Counted from the stretch's first letter, positions 17,904-28,249 are shown. The stretch: DNA of 64,000 nucleotides from Candidatus Fervidifonticultor sextus (GCA_031459875.1 JAVKHQ010000001.1:64001-128000), one strand, 5' to 3'. The notes: generated from the sequence alone by a model not told the origin. Program-made: numbers and translations.

Positions 17904-19499
17904 CTAGCGCCCTGGCGCGATCCAGACCCGGTGCATCGGCTGGTAGTCCATCTCCACCGGGTTGCCGATCAACCCCCGGATGTGGGGCTGGTGCACCAGG
18001 GCTGCCTTGTTGTAGTTGAAGAAGAACCAGGGGGCGTCGGCCACGATGAGCCGCTCGGCCTCCTGGCAGAGCCGGACCTGCTGCCGCGGGTTGAAGGTGC
18101 GCTCGGCCTCGTCCAGCAGCGCGTCCACCCGGTCGTTCTTGTAACGCATGCGGTTCCCGGCCGGTCCGAAGTTGCGCGACCGGAAGGGGCCGAGGTAGCT
18201 CACACAGTTGGGACCGCCGCCGTGGGAGAGCACCCAGGTGGGGATTTCGTTCCTGCCCGCGCGGTCCAGCATGACCCCGAAATCCTGCTGGACGATCCGG
18301 CCGCGGATGCCCACGTCCGCGAGATACCGCTGGAATCCCTCCAGCCACCGGCCGATGACCGGACTCGTGGAGCCATGGAGCTCGAGGTCGAACCCGGCCG
18401 CCAATCCGGCCTGCGTCAGCAGTTCCCTGGCGCGGCCCGGGTTGTAGTCATACCCCTTCAGGTCCTTGTTGTAGGCGGCGTGGCTGGGCGGGAACACCCC
18501 GGTGGCCACCAGGGCTTTGCCCTGGAGGACCGTGCGAACCATGGTGGTCTTGTCGATGGCGTGGTTGATCGCCTGGCGGATCCGGACGTCGCCCAGCGGT
18601 GGTTTCGTCACATTGAGCCCGATGTGCCGGGTGAAGAGCTCGGGGACCTCGATCACGTAGGGCTTCCAGGCCGGGTCGTCGGCGTACCGGCGGTAGGTCA
18701 CGTCGCTGAGCAGCATGTAGTCCAGCCGCCCCGTGTCGAACTCCGCCTGGGCGGTGGCCGGATCCGGGATAATGCGGAACTCCAGCGCGCTGATGTACGG
18801 CCGTCCCTCCCAGTAGTCGGGGTTCTCCCTGAGGAGGATGGTGTCGTCCGGATGCCAGGAGACGAAGACGAACGGCCCGGACCCCACGGGCCGTCGGCCG
18901 AACTCCCGACCCAGCCGCTCGACCTCGTCCCGCGGCACGATGAAGAACGCCAGGTTGGTGAAGTTGAGCGGGAACGTGGCGTCTGCCACGGAGTTGGTGA
19001 TGGAGATGGTGTAGCGGTCCGTCACCCTGATCCCGCTGACATCCCGGGCCTGCCGGGCCGCGTACTCCTGGGCGCCGACGATGCGGTCGAACGAGCGGAA
19101 GAACGGGGAGGCGGTCTCCGGGGCCAGGATCCGCTCAATGGTATACCGGACGTCCTCGGCGGTCATCTCCCGGCCGTGGTGGAATCGGATGTTGCGGCGC
19201 AACCGGAAGGTGATGGTCCGTCCGTCGCTGCCAAGCGACCAGGTCTCGGCCGCGCCGGGCTGCATCTCGAACGTCCTGGGGTCGAGCCGGAGCAGCGAGT
19301 CGAACAGGTTCATCTTCACCGAGATGGCGCGGACGGTGTTGGTCTGCGCCGGGTCGAGGTTGGCCGGGTCGCTGGGTAACTGCCTGCGGAAATGCCCGCC
19401 ATAGACCGGAGCCTGTGCACCGAGGGGCTGCGTGACCGCGGTGCCCAGCCCCACCGCCGTGACGAGCAGGACGAGGATCCCGATCAGGTGCCCCTTCAT
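17904..19499 (-). CDS. Family 5 ABC substrate-binding protein (peptide/nickel)
   Basis: Signal peptide, LDPA, FHHG..MTAEDV.YT, PVGSGPF, RIRQAINHAIDK. Confidence 0.92.
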   Translation of the reverse strand: MKGHLIGILVLLVTAVGLGTAVTQPLGAQAPVYGGHFRRQLPSDPANLDPAQTNTVRAISVKMNLFDSLLRLDPRTFEMQPGAAETWSLGSDGRTITFRLRRNIRFHHGREMTAEDVRYTIERILAPETASPFFRSFDRIVGAQEYAARQARDVSGIRVTDRYTISITNSVADATFPLNFTNLAFFIVPRDEVERLGREFGRRPVGSGPFVFVSWHPDDTILLRENPDYWEGRPYISALEFRIIPDPATAQAEFDTGRLDYMLLSDVTYRRYADDPAWKPYVIEVPELFTRHIGLNVTKPPLGDVRIRQAINHAIDKTTMVRTVLQGKALVATGVFPPSHAAYNKDLKGYDYNPGRARELLTQAGLAAGFDLELHGSTSPVIGRWLEGFQRYLADVGIRGRIVQQDFGVMLDRAGRNEIPTWVLSHGGGPNCVSYLGPFRSRNFGPAGNRMRYKNDRVDALLDEAERTFNPRQQVRLCQEAERLIVADAPWFFFNYNKAALVHQPHIRGLIGNPVEMDYQPMHRVWIAPGR

Positions 19500-19680
19500 G
19501 ATGCCACCCCGTGTGAGAGCCGGCTGATGGGACCCCATGCCGGCGCCACGTCATGGGGTTCTGGCCCCGCGCAACCCGTCCCTGCCCGGGGCTGTGATCG
19601 CGGTCCGTCGCCAGGAAACCCGACGGCACGACGCGAACTGGCCCATGGATCCATCTCTGGTCCGGAGGGAGTCGGTCGCG

Positions 19681-20388
19681 GTGAAAGCCATCATCCTGGC
19701 CGGCGGCAGGGGCGAGCGGCTCCGCCCATTCACGGAGGATCGCCCCAAACCCATGGTCCAGGTCCTGGGCGTCCCGATCCTGGCCTACCAGCTGCACTGG
19801 CTCCAGACGCAGGGCACCACCGAGGTGGTGATGGCCTGCGGATACCGCCGCGAGGTGATCCAGGACTACTTCGGTAACGGCGAGAAGTGGGGGATGCGCA
19901 TCCACTACGCCGTGGAGGAGGAGCCCCTGGGCCGCGGTGGCGCCATCCGTCATGCCTTCGGCTACCTGAACCCCGCCCCCGACCTCGTCATCGCCACCAA
20001 CGGCGACGTCATCACCAACCTCCGGCTGGCTCCGGTCATCGCCCAGCACCGGGACCAGGGCGTCCTGGCCACCGTGGTCCTGACCCCCTATGTGAGTACC
20101 TACGGGCTGGTGGAGGTTAACGCCGAGGACCGCGTGATCGCCTTTCACGAGAAGCCCACGCTGCCGTACTGGATCAACGCCGGCATCTACGTCCTCTCCC
20201 GCGAGGTCATCGCCGCCTTCCCCGAGGTGGGCGACCACGAGACGACCATCTTCCCGCGCCTGGCCGAGCAGCGGAAGCTGGGGGCTTACCGGTCGCGCGA
20301 CTACTGGCGCGCCGTGGATACGGTGAAGGACCTCACCGAGGTGAGCCGGGAACTGGAGCGCCGGCTGCTGACGTCGTTCCTCGCCTGA
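19681..20388 (+). CDS. Sugar-phosphate nucleotidyltransferase family protein
   Basis: AIILAGGRGERLRP.T..RPKPM, EEEPLG.GGA, NGD, FHEKP, INAGIY; GTG 19681 with GGAGG. Confidence 0.9.
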   Translation: MKAIILAGGRGERLRPFTEDRPKPMVQVLGVPILAYQLHWLQTQGTTEVVMACGYRREVIQDYFGNGEKWGMRIHYAVEEEPLGRGGAIRHAFGYLNPAPDLVIATNGDVITNLRLAPVIAQHRDQGVLATVVLTPYVSTYGLVEVNAEDRVIAFHEKPTLPYWINAGIYVLSREVIAAFPEVGDHETTIFPRLAEQRKLGAYRSRDYWRAVDTVKDLTEVSRELERRLLTSFLA

Positions 20389-20424
20389 GCGGACGCTCCC
20401 GGGGGTCGAGGCTCGAGCCCGCCT

Positions 20425-21222
20425 TCACACCAGGCGACGCCGCAGCGCGGCGCTGACGGTGTCGATGACCGTGACCGCCGCGACGATGACCAGCAGGGCC
20501 ATCCCGACGACCTCCCAACGGCGGAATTGCAGCGCCTGCACCATGATCGTCCCGATGCCCCCGGCACCGACCAGCCCCAGGACGGTGGCGGCGCGGGCAT
20601 TGATCTCGAACCGGTAGAGCGACAGCGCCAGAAACTCCGGGAGCACCTGCGGCAGCACCGCGAACCAGAAGACCTTGACGCGGCTGGCCCCGGCCGCGCG
20701 CAGCGCCTCCAGGGGGCCGGGATCGATGGTCTCGACCACGTCGGCGTAGAGCTTCCCCAGGCTGCCGGTGGAGTGCAGGCCGATGGCCATCATCCCGGCC
20801 AGCGCGCCCGGTCCGTACGCCGCGACGAAGAAGATCGCGAGGATGATCTCGGGAAACGTCCGGATCAGGTTGAGGATCTGTTTGCCCATGTAGGTGGACG
20901 CCGCGTGGGGGCTGATGTTTCGCGAGGCCACGAACGCCAGGGGAAAGGCCAGCACCATCCCCAGGGTCGTCCCCAGCAGTGCCACCTGCACCGAGACGAC
21001 CATTCCTCCCAGCGACCGGCCCGCCCAGGTCCAGTCCGGCAAGAGCATCAGCCATACGATCCGCGCCAGCAGCGGCAGGCCCTCCAGGAAGCGGACCAGA
21101 CTGGCCTCCACGCCGCGGGCCGCCCAGGCGAACACCAGCGCGAAGAGGGCTGCGCCCAGCCATCGCTTCCACCGGCCGGGTTCGGTCAGGGGGATCGAGG
21201 GCGTGGAGGCCTGCGATGTCAC
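20425..21222 (-). CDS. phnE: Phosphonate ABC permease
   Basis: RTFPE, GKLYADVVE.ID.GP.EAL, FEIN.R.ATVLGLVGAGGIG; start approximate. Confidence 0.92.
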   Translation of the reverse strand: MTSQASTPSIPLTEPGRWKRWLGAALFALVFAWAARGVEASLVRFLEGLPLLARIVWLMLLPDWTWAGRSLGGMVVSVQVALLGTTLGMVLAFPLAFVASRNISPHAASTYMGKQILNLIRTFPEIILAIFFVAAYGPGALAGMMAIGLHSTGSLGKLYADVVETIDPGPLEALRAAGASRVKVFWFAVLPQVLPEFLALSLYRFEINARAATVLGLVGAGGIGTIMVQALQFRRWEVVGMALLVIVAAVTVIDTVSAALRRRLV

Positions 21223-21244
21223 GCCGACACCGAGTCCACGGACG

Positions 21245-21997
21245 TCAGACCAACCGCTGGCGGACCCGGACGCTGAGGGTGTCAATGAGGACCACGGCCC
21301 CCAGGGTCACCACGATGATGGCCAGGGCGCTCTGATACCGGAAGAGGTTGAGCGCGGTGAGGAGCAACTGGCCGATGCCGCCCGCCCCGACCAGGCCCAG
21401 GATGAACGAGACGCGGACGTTGATCTCGAACACGAAGAGCGTGTAGCTGAGATAGGCCGGCAGCACCTGAGGGACGACCGCATACCGCACGGTCTTGAGC
21501 CGATTGGCGCCAGCCGCCTCCAACGCCTCCAGGGGCCCGGGGTCGATGGCCTCCAGGCTCTCGCTGGTCAGCTTGGCGATGACCGCCGTGGAGAACACTG
21601 TCAGGGCCAGGATCCCCGCGAAGGGGCCGATGCCCACCACCGCCACGAGGATGGCCGCATAGAGGAGCTCCGGGATCGTCCGCAGGAGGTTGAGGAGGCC
21701 GCGCGCCCCGTAGTAGAGCCAGGCCTGCCGCGTGACGTTCCGGGACGCCAGCAGGATGAGGGGGACGGCCAGCAGCGCGCCCTGCGTCGTCCCCACCAGC
21801 GCCATCTGGAGCGTCTGGACGATTGGCTCGACCAGGACCGGCAGCACGGCCCAGTTGGGCGGGAACATGTCGCCCAACAACGCGAAGAAGTTCGGGAGGC
21901 CCTGCCACAGCACGCGGGGGGAGACGCCGATGGCCGCCGCACTCCAGGCGTAGAGGCCCGCCGCCGCCACCCCGGCCAGGAGGGCCCTGGTCTTCAC
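21245..21997 (-). CDS. phnE: Phosphonate ABC permease
   Basis: RTIPEL, AKL.SE..EAIDPGP.EAL, FEINVR...LGLVGAGGIG. Confidence 0.92.
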   Translation of the reverse strand: MKTRALLAGVAAAGLYAWSAAAIGVSPRVLWQGLPNFFALLGDMFPPNWAVLPVLVEPIVQTLQMALVGTTQGALLAVPLILLASRNVTRQAWLYYGARGLLNLLRTIPELLYAAILVAVVGIGPFAGILALTVFSTAVIAKLTSESLEAIDPGPLEALEAAGANRLKTVRYAVVPQVLPAYLSYTLFVFEINVRVSFILGLVGAGGIGQLLLTALNLFRYQSALAIIVVTLGAVVLIDTLSVRVRQRLV

Positions 21998-22773
21998 CCG
22001 GCGCCTCCCCGGAAGTCGTCGGCCCTCAGCGCCCGCCCGTAGATCTGCTCAAACGTCGCGTCGTCCACGGCCCCGGCCGGTCCATCGTAGACCACCTCGC
22101 CCTGCCGTAACCCCACGATCCGCTGGGCGTACTCGCGGGCCAGGTCGATAAAGTGGAGGTTGACAAGTACGGTGATCCCTTCCTGGTTGATCCGACAAAG
22201 GTCGCGCATCACCAGGTGGGACGTCGGCGGGTCCAGGGAGGCCACCGGCTCATCAGCCAGGATCACCTTGGGCTCCTGGGCCAGCGCGCGCGCGATGCCG
22301 ACGCGCTGCTGCTGGCCGCCGCTGAGGGCGTCGGCACGGACAAAGGCCTTGTCGTGGATCTCGAGTTTGCGCAGCGCGTCGAAGACGAGCTCCAGGTCGG
22401 TCCGGGAGAACAGCCCCAGCAGCGCCCGCCACGTCGGGACCCGGCCCACGCGTCCTGCCAGGACGTTGCGGAACACCGAGGACCGCTTGACGAGGTTGAA
22501 CGTCTGGAAGATCATCCCGATCTGCTGGCGGACTTCCATCAGGCGCGTCGGGGAGGCCGCGGTCAGGTTTTCGCCCTCGAACCAGACGGTGCCCGCCGTA
22601 GGCTCCACCAGACGGTTGACGGTGCGCAGCAGCGTGGACTTCCCGGCACCGCTGAGGCCCACGATGGCGACGAACTCGCCGCGGTCAACGGCCAGGTCAA
22701 CCCCGCGCAGGGCCCAGACGTCGCCAGGGTACCGGACCTGGACGCCTCGGAGCTCGATCTGCGGGGGGCTCAA
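21994..22773 (-). CDS. phnC: Phosphonate ABC ATP-binding protein
   Basis: GLSGAGKST, FQ.FNLV.R.SV..NVL.GR, LSGGQQQRV, ADEPVASLDP. Confidence 0.94.
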   Translation of the reverse strand: MSPPQIELRGVQVRYPGDVWALRGVDLAVDRGEFVAIVGLSGAGKSTLLRTVNRLVEPTAGTVWFEGENLTAASPTRLMEVRQQIGMIFQTFNLVKRSSVFRNVLAGRVGRVPTWRALLGLFSRTDLELVFDALRKLEIHDKAFVRADALSGGQQQRVGIARALAQEPKVILADEPVASLDPPTSHLVMRDLCRINQEGITVLVNLHFIDLAREYAQRIVGLRQGEVVYDGPAGAVDDATFEQIYGRALRADDFRGGAG

Positions 22774-23657
22774 ATCCTGATCTTGTCCCTCATGACGCTG
22801 TAGGTCTTCCGGATGATCTCAAATTCGGTGCCGTCCGACTTAGCGTAGCCGACCACGTTGTAGAGGGCTTCCAGGACCTGCACGCCGCCGGGGTGCTTGC
22901 CAAGGTCGACGAACGCCGCCTGGATCTTCGCGACCAGATCCTCGGGCAGCCCGCGGCGCACGGCGACGCCGTCGTTGGGGATGGGGCTGCTGCGGACCAG
23001 GATCTTCACCACCTGTTCGGCGTCGGGCAGCTCCCGCCTGATGTCGGGAATGGCGTTGTCGTGCGTGGCGCTGGCGTCCACGTCCCGCTTGTAAACGGCC
23101 ACGACCGCGGCGTCGTGCGACCCGGCGAAGATGGTGCGCAGGTCGCGCTCCGGGTTGATCCCTGCCTCCAGCAGCATCATGTAAGGGAACAGGTAGCCGG
23201 ACGTGGATGCCGGATCCACGAAGGCGAACCGGCGTCCCTTCAGATCCGCGATCGTCTTAAACGGGGAGTCGGCCCGCACGTTGATCGCCGCATGGTAGCT
23301 CGTCACGAAGTGACCCCGGGTCCGCCGGATGGACTTGGCGATGATCACCACCTTGTGGCGCTCCTCTGCCAGGACGAGGGCGAACGGCCCGAAGATGCCG
23401 ATATCGGCGCGGCCGGTCCCCATGGCTTCCACCAACCCCGTGAAGTTGGTGGCCACGAAGGGCTCGACCGGGATGCCGATGCGGTCGGAGAGCATCTTGG
23501 AGAGCGGGCCGAGGTTCTCCATCATGCGGCCGATCTCACGGGACGGGACCATGCCCAGAATCAGCTTCTGGGGCGCCGGCCCTGCCTGGATGCCCGGGCC
23601 TGCCACCCCCGCCAACAGCGCTGCCGCAAGGAACGCGCCAAGCCACCTGTACGTCAT
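22770..23657 (-). CDS. phnD: Phosphonate/phosphite ABC substrate-binding protein
   Basis: Signal peptide, FAFVDPASTSGYLFP, GSHDA, IPND; ATG 23657 with GGAGG. Confidence 0.9.
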   Translation of the reverse strand: MTYRWLGAFLAAALLAGVAGPGIQAGPAPQKLILGMVPSREIGRMMENLGPLSKMLSDRIGIPVEPFVATNFTGLVEAMGTGRADIGIFGPFALVLAEERHKVVIIAKSIRRTRGHFVTSYHAAINVRADSPFKTIADLKGRRFAFVDPASTSGYLFPYMMLLEAGINPERDLRTIFAGSHDAAVVAVYKRDVDASATHDNAIPDIRRELPDAEQVVKILVRSSPIPNDGVAVRRGLPEDLVAKIQAAFVDLGKHPGGVQVLEALYNVVGYAKSDGTEFEIIRKTYSVMRDKIRI

Positions 23658-23733
23658 CGTGGTCCCTCCTCCAAAGGCTCGCCAACCACATTGTAGCCGC
23701 TTCACACATCACCCCGGAAGGAGCTATTTCGAC

Positions 23734-24375
23734 TCAGGGAGCGGCCCCCTGCCTCAGGGCGGTCTCGCCCGACAGGGAGTTCAGCGTGACGAGGACGGGC
23801 CGCCTGTCCGTCACCTCGAAGATCGTCAGCGACCCGGGGGAGAGGTCCATGCGCCGCATCGCGTCCAGCGGCAGGTCCAGCAGCCGGCAGATCAACGCCA
23901 GGAGCGGGTCCTGGTGGGAGACCAGCAGCGTGGTCCCGCCGGCGGATGCGTACTCGCAGGCCGCCAGCCACATGCGGTCCCCGATGGCCGCGACCGACTC
24001 CATCCCGGGCAGGGTCATCCGCGTGGGCGCCGTCCGCCAGGTCCGCCAGGCCTTGGGGAAGCGCGCTATGATCTCGCCGACCGCCAGCCCCTCCCACGGG
24101 CCCATGGCGGTCTCGATGATCCGCTCGTCCGTGATCACCGGCCGGTCCACGCGCCGTCCGATGATGGTCGCGGTCTCCACCGTGCGCTCCAGCGGGCTGG
24201 CGACGATGCGGTCCGGCGGCGCCGTCGCCAGCCGTTCGGCCAGCGCCGCGGCCTCGGCGCGGCCGCGGGCGTTGAGGGAGATCCCGGGCAACCGCCCGGC
24301 CAGGCGGTTGGCGGGCGGGACCAGCCAGTCCGTGTGCCCGTGGCGGACCAGCAGCAGCCGGACTCCCTCACGCAT
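23734..24375 (-). CDS. Histidine phosphatase family protein
   Basis: LVRHG.T, SPLER..ETA, LVSH. Confidence 0.92.
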   Translation of the reverse strand: MREGVRLLLVRHGHTDWLVPPANRLAGRLPGISLNARGRAEAAALAERLATAPPDRIVASPLERTVETATIIGRRVDRPVITDERIIETAMGPWEGLAVGEIIARFPKAWRTWRTAPTRMTLPGMESVAAIGDRMWLAACEYASAGGTTLLVSHQDPLLALICRLLDLPLDAMRRMDLSPGSLTIFEVTDRRPVLVTLNSLSGETALRQGAAP

Positions 24376-24811
24376 CCGTGTCCAGGACGATGGTGACCGG
24401 GCCGTCGTTGTGGATCTCGACCAGCATCGACGTGCGGAAACGGCCGGTGGCCACGGTCAGCCCCAGGTCGCGGAGGCGCGCCGCCACGCGATCCACCAGC
24501 GGCTCCGCCTGCTCCGGCGGGGCGGCCCGCAGGAAGGACGGCCGGCGGCCCCGGCTGACGTCGCCGTAGAGGGTGAACTGCGAGACCACCAGCACCCCGC
24601 CGCCGGCGTCGAGCACCGAGCGGTTCAGCCGGCCGGCGGCATCGTCGAAGATGCGCAGGTGCGCGATCTTTCCCGCCAGAGCGTCGGCCTGTGCCGGGCC
24701 GTCTGCGACCGAGACCCCCACCAGGACCGCCAGCCCCTGCTCGATGGCCCCTACAGTCTCTTCCCCGACCCGCACGGCCGCGCGCCGGACGCGCTGGACC
24801 ACCGCCCTCAT
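24368..24811 (-). CDS. dtd: D-aminoacyl-tRNA deacylase
   Basis: MRAVVQRV, VSQFTL, GRRPSF, NDGPVT. Confidence 0.97.
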   Translation of the reverse strand: MRAVVQRVRRAAVRVGEETVGAIEQGLAVLVGVSVADGPAQADALAGKIAHLRIFDDAAGRLNRSVLDAGGGVLVVSQFTLYGDVSRGRRPSFLRAAPPEQAEPLVDRVAARLRDLGLTVATGRFRTSMLVEIHNDGPVTIVLDTDA

Positions 24812-24831
24812 CGACGAGACCCGACCGGCGC

Positions 24832-26019
24832 CTATGTGCGGCGTACCGGTGCCAGCTGGGCCAGGCGGCGGCGGACCTCGGCCAGCGTCTGGGGCTTCTT
24901 GGGAAACGCGAAGCGGATCAGCCGGCGCCCGGCGGCCGGATCGCGGTAGAAGCTGCTGCCGGGGACCGCCCCCACGCCGATGTGCTCGATCATGCGGCGG
25001 GTGAAGACGACGTCGTCGTCATCTCCGAAGCCGTCGATGCCGGCCATGATGTAGTAGGCGCCCCTGGGAACTAGGCACCGGAAGCCCACCCCGGAGAGGA
25101 TGGCCAGCAGGTCGTCCCGCTTCGCCTGGTAGGACGTGCTCAACTCGCGATAGTACGACGGAGGGAAGGCCAAAGCGACCGCCCCGGCCTCCTGGAGGGC
25201 CGCCGCCGCCCCGACCGTCAGGAAGTCGTGGGCGCGCCGGATGCCGTCGCTGATCGCGTCGTTGGCGGTCACCGCCCATCCCACGCGCCAGCCGGTCACG
25301 CTGTAGGTCTTGGACATGCTGTTGATGGTGACCGTCCGCTCCGCCATGCCCTCCAGTGAGGCCAGGCTGACGTGCACGGCGCCGTCGAACAGGATGTGCT
25401 CGTACACCTCGTCGGTGATGGCCAGTACGTCCCGTTCCCGGCACAGCGAGGCGATCACCTCCAGTTCTTCGCGGGTGAAGACTTTCCCGGTGGGGTTGTG
25501 CGGTGTGTTGACGATGATGGCCCGGGTCCTGGGTCCGAAGGCCGCCGTTAGCTCGTCCCGGTCGAACGGCATGCCCGGGTCCGAGAGGTCCAGCCGCACG
25601 TACCGGAGCCGCGCGCCGGAGAGCAGCGCGTCCGGGCCGTAGTTCTCGTAGAAGGGTTCGAAGATCACCACCTCGTCACCGGGGTTGACCACCGCCAGCA
25701 GGGTGGCCATCATCGCCTCGGTGGCGCCGCACGTCACCGTGATGTGGCGCTCCGGATCGACCGCCATCCCGTTGGACCAAGCGACCTTCCGCGCAATGGC
25801 CTCCCGCAGCCGAGGGGACCCCCAGGTGATGGCGTACTGGTTCCAGCCGTCGCGCAGTGCCCGGACCGCCGCCTCCAGCAGTTCGGCCGGCGGGTCGAAG
25901 TCGGGGAATCCCTGCGCCAGGTTGATCGCCCCGTGCAGGGTACACAGGCGGGTCATCTCGCGGATCACCGACTCGGTGAAGAGATCCACGCGGGCGGCGG
26001 TCGGACGCGGCACGGTCAT
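24832..26019 (-). CDS. PLP-dependent class I/II aminotransferase
   Basis: NLAQGFPDF, NTPHNPTG, DEVY, S.SKTYSVTGWRVG. Confidence 0.94.
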   Translation of the reverse strand: MTVPRPTAARVDLFTESVIREMTRLCTLHGAINLAQGFPDFDPPAELLEAAVRALRDGWNQYAITWGSPRLREAIARKVAWSNGMAVDPERHITVTCGATEAMMATLLAVVNPGDEVVIFEPFYENYGPDALLSGARLRYVRLDLSDPGMPFDRDELTAAFGPRTRAIIVNTPHNPTGKVFTREELEVIASLCRERDVLAITDEVYEHILFDGAVHVSLASLEGMAERTVTINSMSKTYSVTGWRVGWAVTANDAISDGIRRAHDFLTVGAAAALQEAGAVALAFPPSYYRELSTSYQAKRDDLLAILSGVGFRCLVPRGAYYIMAGIDGFGDDDDVVFTRRMIEHIGVGAVPGSSFYRDPAAGRRLIRFAFPKKPQTLAEVRRRLAQLAPVRRT

Positions 26020-26044
26020 CCTCCTCGGGATCGGGCGGTCCCGC

Positions 26045-28249
26045 TCAGGTGGGGACGACCCGGGCGACGCTGAAGACCTCGGGCACCTTCTCGAGTTTCT
26101 GCATCACGGCGTGGAGTTGTCCCACGTTGCGGATATCCAGCACCAGGTTGGTGACGGCGACCTTGTCTTTCCTGACGCGGGAGTTCACCGACAGGGCATT
26201 GGTCTTCGTCTCGGCCACGGCGGCCATGATGTCCTTGAGGAGGCCGACGCGGTCGAAGGCCTCGACCTCGATCTCCACCTGGTAGGACCCTTCCTGGAAG
26301 GTCTCCCACTCCACCTCCAGCAGGCGCTCGGGGTGAGCCCGCAGGAACGCGATGTTCGGGCAGTCGCTGCGGTGGACCGTCACCCCGCGGCCGCGGGTGA
26401 TGTACCCGACGATCCGGTCGCCCGGCAGCGGGGTGCAGCACCGGGCGAAGTGCATGAGCACGTTGTCGGCGCCTCGGACGCGGACGCCCTGGGGGCTGGG
26501 CGGCGCCGCCGGCGCGGCCGGGATCGGGACATCGTCCGCCTGCGGCGGTGCCTCCCCCCGCAGCGCCTGGGCCACCTGGAGGATCGAGAGGTCGCTGTTG
26601 CCCACGGCGGCCAGCAGGTCTTCCTCGCTGCGCATGCCGAACTTCTCGGCCACCTGGAGCAGCCGCTCGAGCTTCATGGCGGCGGCCACGGCGCCGGTCC
26701 GGCGCAGCTCACGCTCCAGCAGCTCCCGGCCGCGAGCAACGTTTTCCTGGTGGCGCTCGTGCTTGAACCACTGCTTGATCTTCGACCGGGCGTTGGACGT
26801 GACCACGAAGGTCAGCCAGTCGCGGCTCGGGCCGGGGCTGGACTTGCTGGTCACGATCTCCACGATGTCGCCGGTGGCCAGCTTCTGTGACAGCGGCACC
26901 AGCCGGCCGTTGACCTTGGCGCCCACGCAGTGGTGGCCCACGTCGGTGTGGATGCGGTAGGCGAAGTCCACCGGCGTGGCCGCGGCCGGCAGGTCGATGA
27001 CGTCGCCCTTGGGGGTGAAGACGAAGACCTCGTTGGAGAACAGGTCGAGCCTCACCGACTGGACGAACTCCCGGGCGTCGGCCAGGTCCTTCTGCCACTC
27101 CAGCAGTTGCCGGAGCCACGCCAGCTTCTGGTCGGCCTCGGCGCTCTGCAGCCGGCCCTCCTTGTACTTCCAGTGGGCGGCGATGCCGCGTTCGGCCTCC
27201 TCGTGCATCTTGTGGGTCCGGATCTGGATCTCCAGCGGCTCCCCCTCGTAGATCACGGCGGTGTGCAGGGACTGGTAGCCGCTGGTCTTGGGGGTGGCGA
27301 TGTAGTCGTCGAACTCGCCGGGGATCGGCTTCCACAGGGAGTGGACGACGCCCAGGGCCGCGTAGCAGTCCTTGACATCGTCCAGCAGCACCCGGACGCC
27401 CAGGCGGTCGTAGATGCGGGCGACGGACTGGCCCGCGTACTTGGGCCGCTGCATCTTCTGCCAGATGCTGTAGATGTGCTTGGGCCGTCCGGTGATGTGC
27501 TTGGGGTCGACCTTGATCCCGGCCCGGGTGAGTTCGCGGTAGAGCACGGTGCACACCCGGTCGACGATGGTCTGCCGCGCGCCCTCGGCCTGGGCCAGTT
27601 GCCGCGTGATCTCCTCGAAGGTCTCGGGGTGGAGTTCGCGGAAGGCCAGGTCCTCCAGTTCCTTCTGGAGGCTGCCGATGCCCAGGCGCTCGGCCAGCGG
27701 GGTGTAGATGTCCAGCGTCTCCTGGGCGGTCCGCCGGCGCTTCCACTCCGGCAGCGCCACGATGGTCCGCATGTTGTGCAGGCGGTCGGCCAGCTTGATG
27801 AGCACGATCCGGATGTCGTTGGCCATGGCCAGGAACATCTTGCGCAGGTTCTCGGCCTGGCGTTCTTCCCGGCTCTGCCACTCGATCTTGCCCAGTTTGG
27901 TGACGCCGTCGACGAGCGTGGCGATCTCCGCACCGAAGCGCTCGCGCAACTCCGCCGGCTCGACGCCGGTGTCTTCCAGGACGTCGTGCAGGAGGGCCGC
28001 GGCCACGGTGGTGGGATCCAGATGGAGATCCGCCAGGATCTTCGCGACGGCCACCGCGTGGGTGATGTACGGCTCGCCCGAGATACGGGTCTGGCCCTCA
28101 TGCGCCCTCGCCGCGGCCAGGTACGCCTCGCGGACGAGATCCAGGTCAGCCTTGGGGAAGCGCGTGCGCAGGGTCGCAATGATGCCCTGGACCTCGGGCG
28201 GCAGGTCCTGGAAACTGCCCTGGTGTCGGCGCAGGTCCAGCCACTTCAC
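26045..28249 (-). CDS. rel: Long RSH (p)ppGpp synthetase/hydrolase with HD, SYNTH, TGS and ACT domains
   Basis: R.SGEPYI.H, LHDVLED, KLADRLHNMRT, YQSLHT, VFTPKG, CCTP.PGD. Confidence 0.97.
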   Translation of the reverse strand: MKWLDLRRHQGSFQDLPPEVQGIIATLRTRFPKADLDLVREAYLAAARAHEGQTRISGEPYITHAVAVAKILADLHLDPTTVAAALLHDVLEDTGVEPAELRERFGAEIATLVDGVTKLGKIEWQSREERQAENLRKMFLAMANDIRIVLIKLADRLHNMRTIVALPEWKRRRTAQETLDIYTPLAERLGIGSLQKELEDLAFRELHPETFEEITRQLAQAEGARQTIVDRVCTVLYRELTRAGIKVDPKHITGRPKHIYSIWQKMQRPKYAGQSVARIYDRLGVRVLLDDVKDCYAALGVVHSLWKPIPGEFDDYIATPKTSGYQSLHTAVIYEGEPLEIQIRTHKMHEEAERGIAAHWKYKEGRLQSAEADQKLAWLRQLLEWQKDLADAREFVQSVRLDLFSNEVFVFTPKGDVIDLPAAATPVDFAYRIHTDVGHHCVGAKVNGRLVPLSQKLATGDIVEIVTSKSSPGPSRDWLTFVVTSNARSKIKQWFKHERHQENVARGRELLERELRRTGAVAAAMKLERLLQVAEKFGMRSEEDLLAAVGNSDLSILQVAQALRGEAPPQADDVPIPAAPAAPPSPQGVRVRGADNVLMHFARCCTPLPGDRIVGYITRGRGVTVHRSDCPNIAFLRAHPERLLEVEWETFQEGSYQVEIEVEAFDRVGLLKDIMAAVAETKTNALSVNSRVRKDKVAVTNLVLDIRNVGQLHAVMQKLEKVPEVFSVARVVPT

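Noticed and set aside
23690..23720. Possible Pho box near the phnD promoter (TACAAT -10)
   Set aside because: No convincing 11-bp-periodic direct repeat
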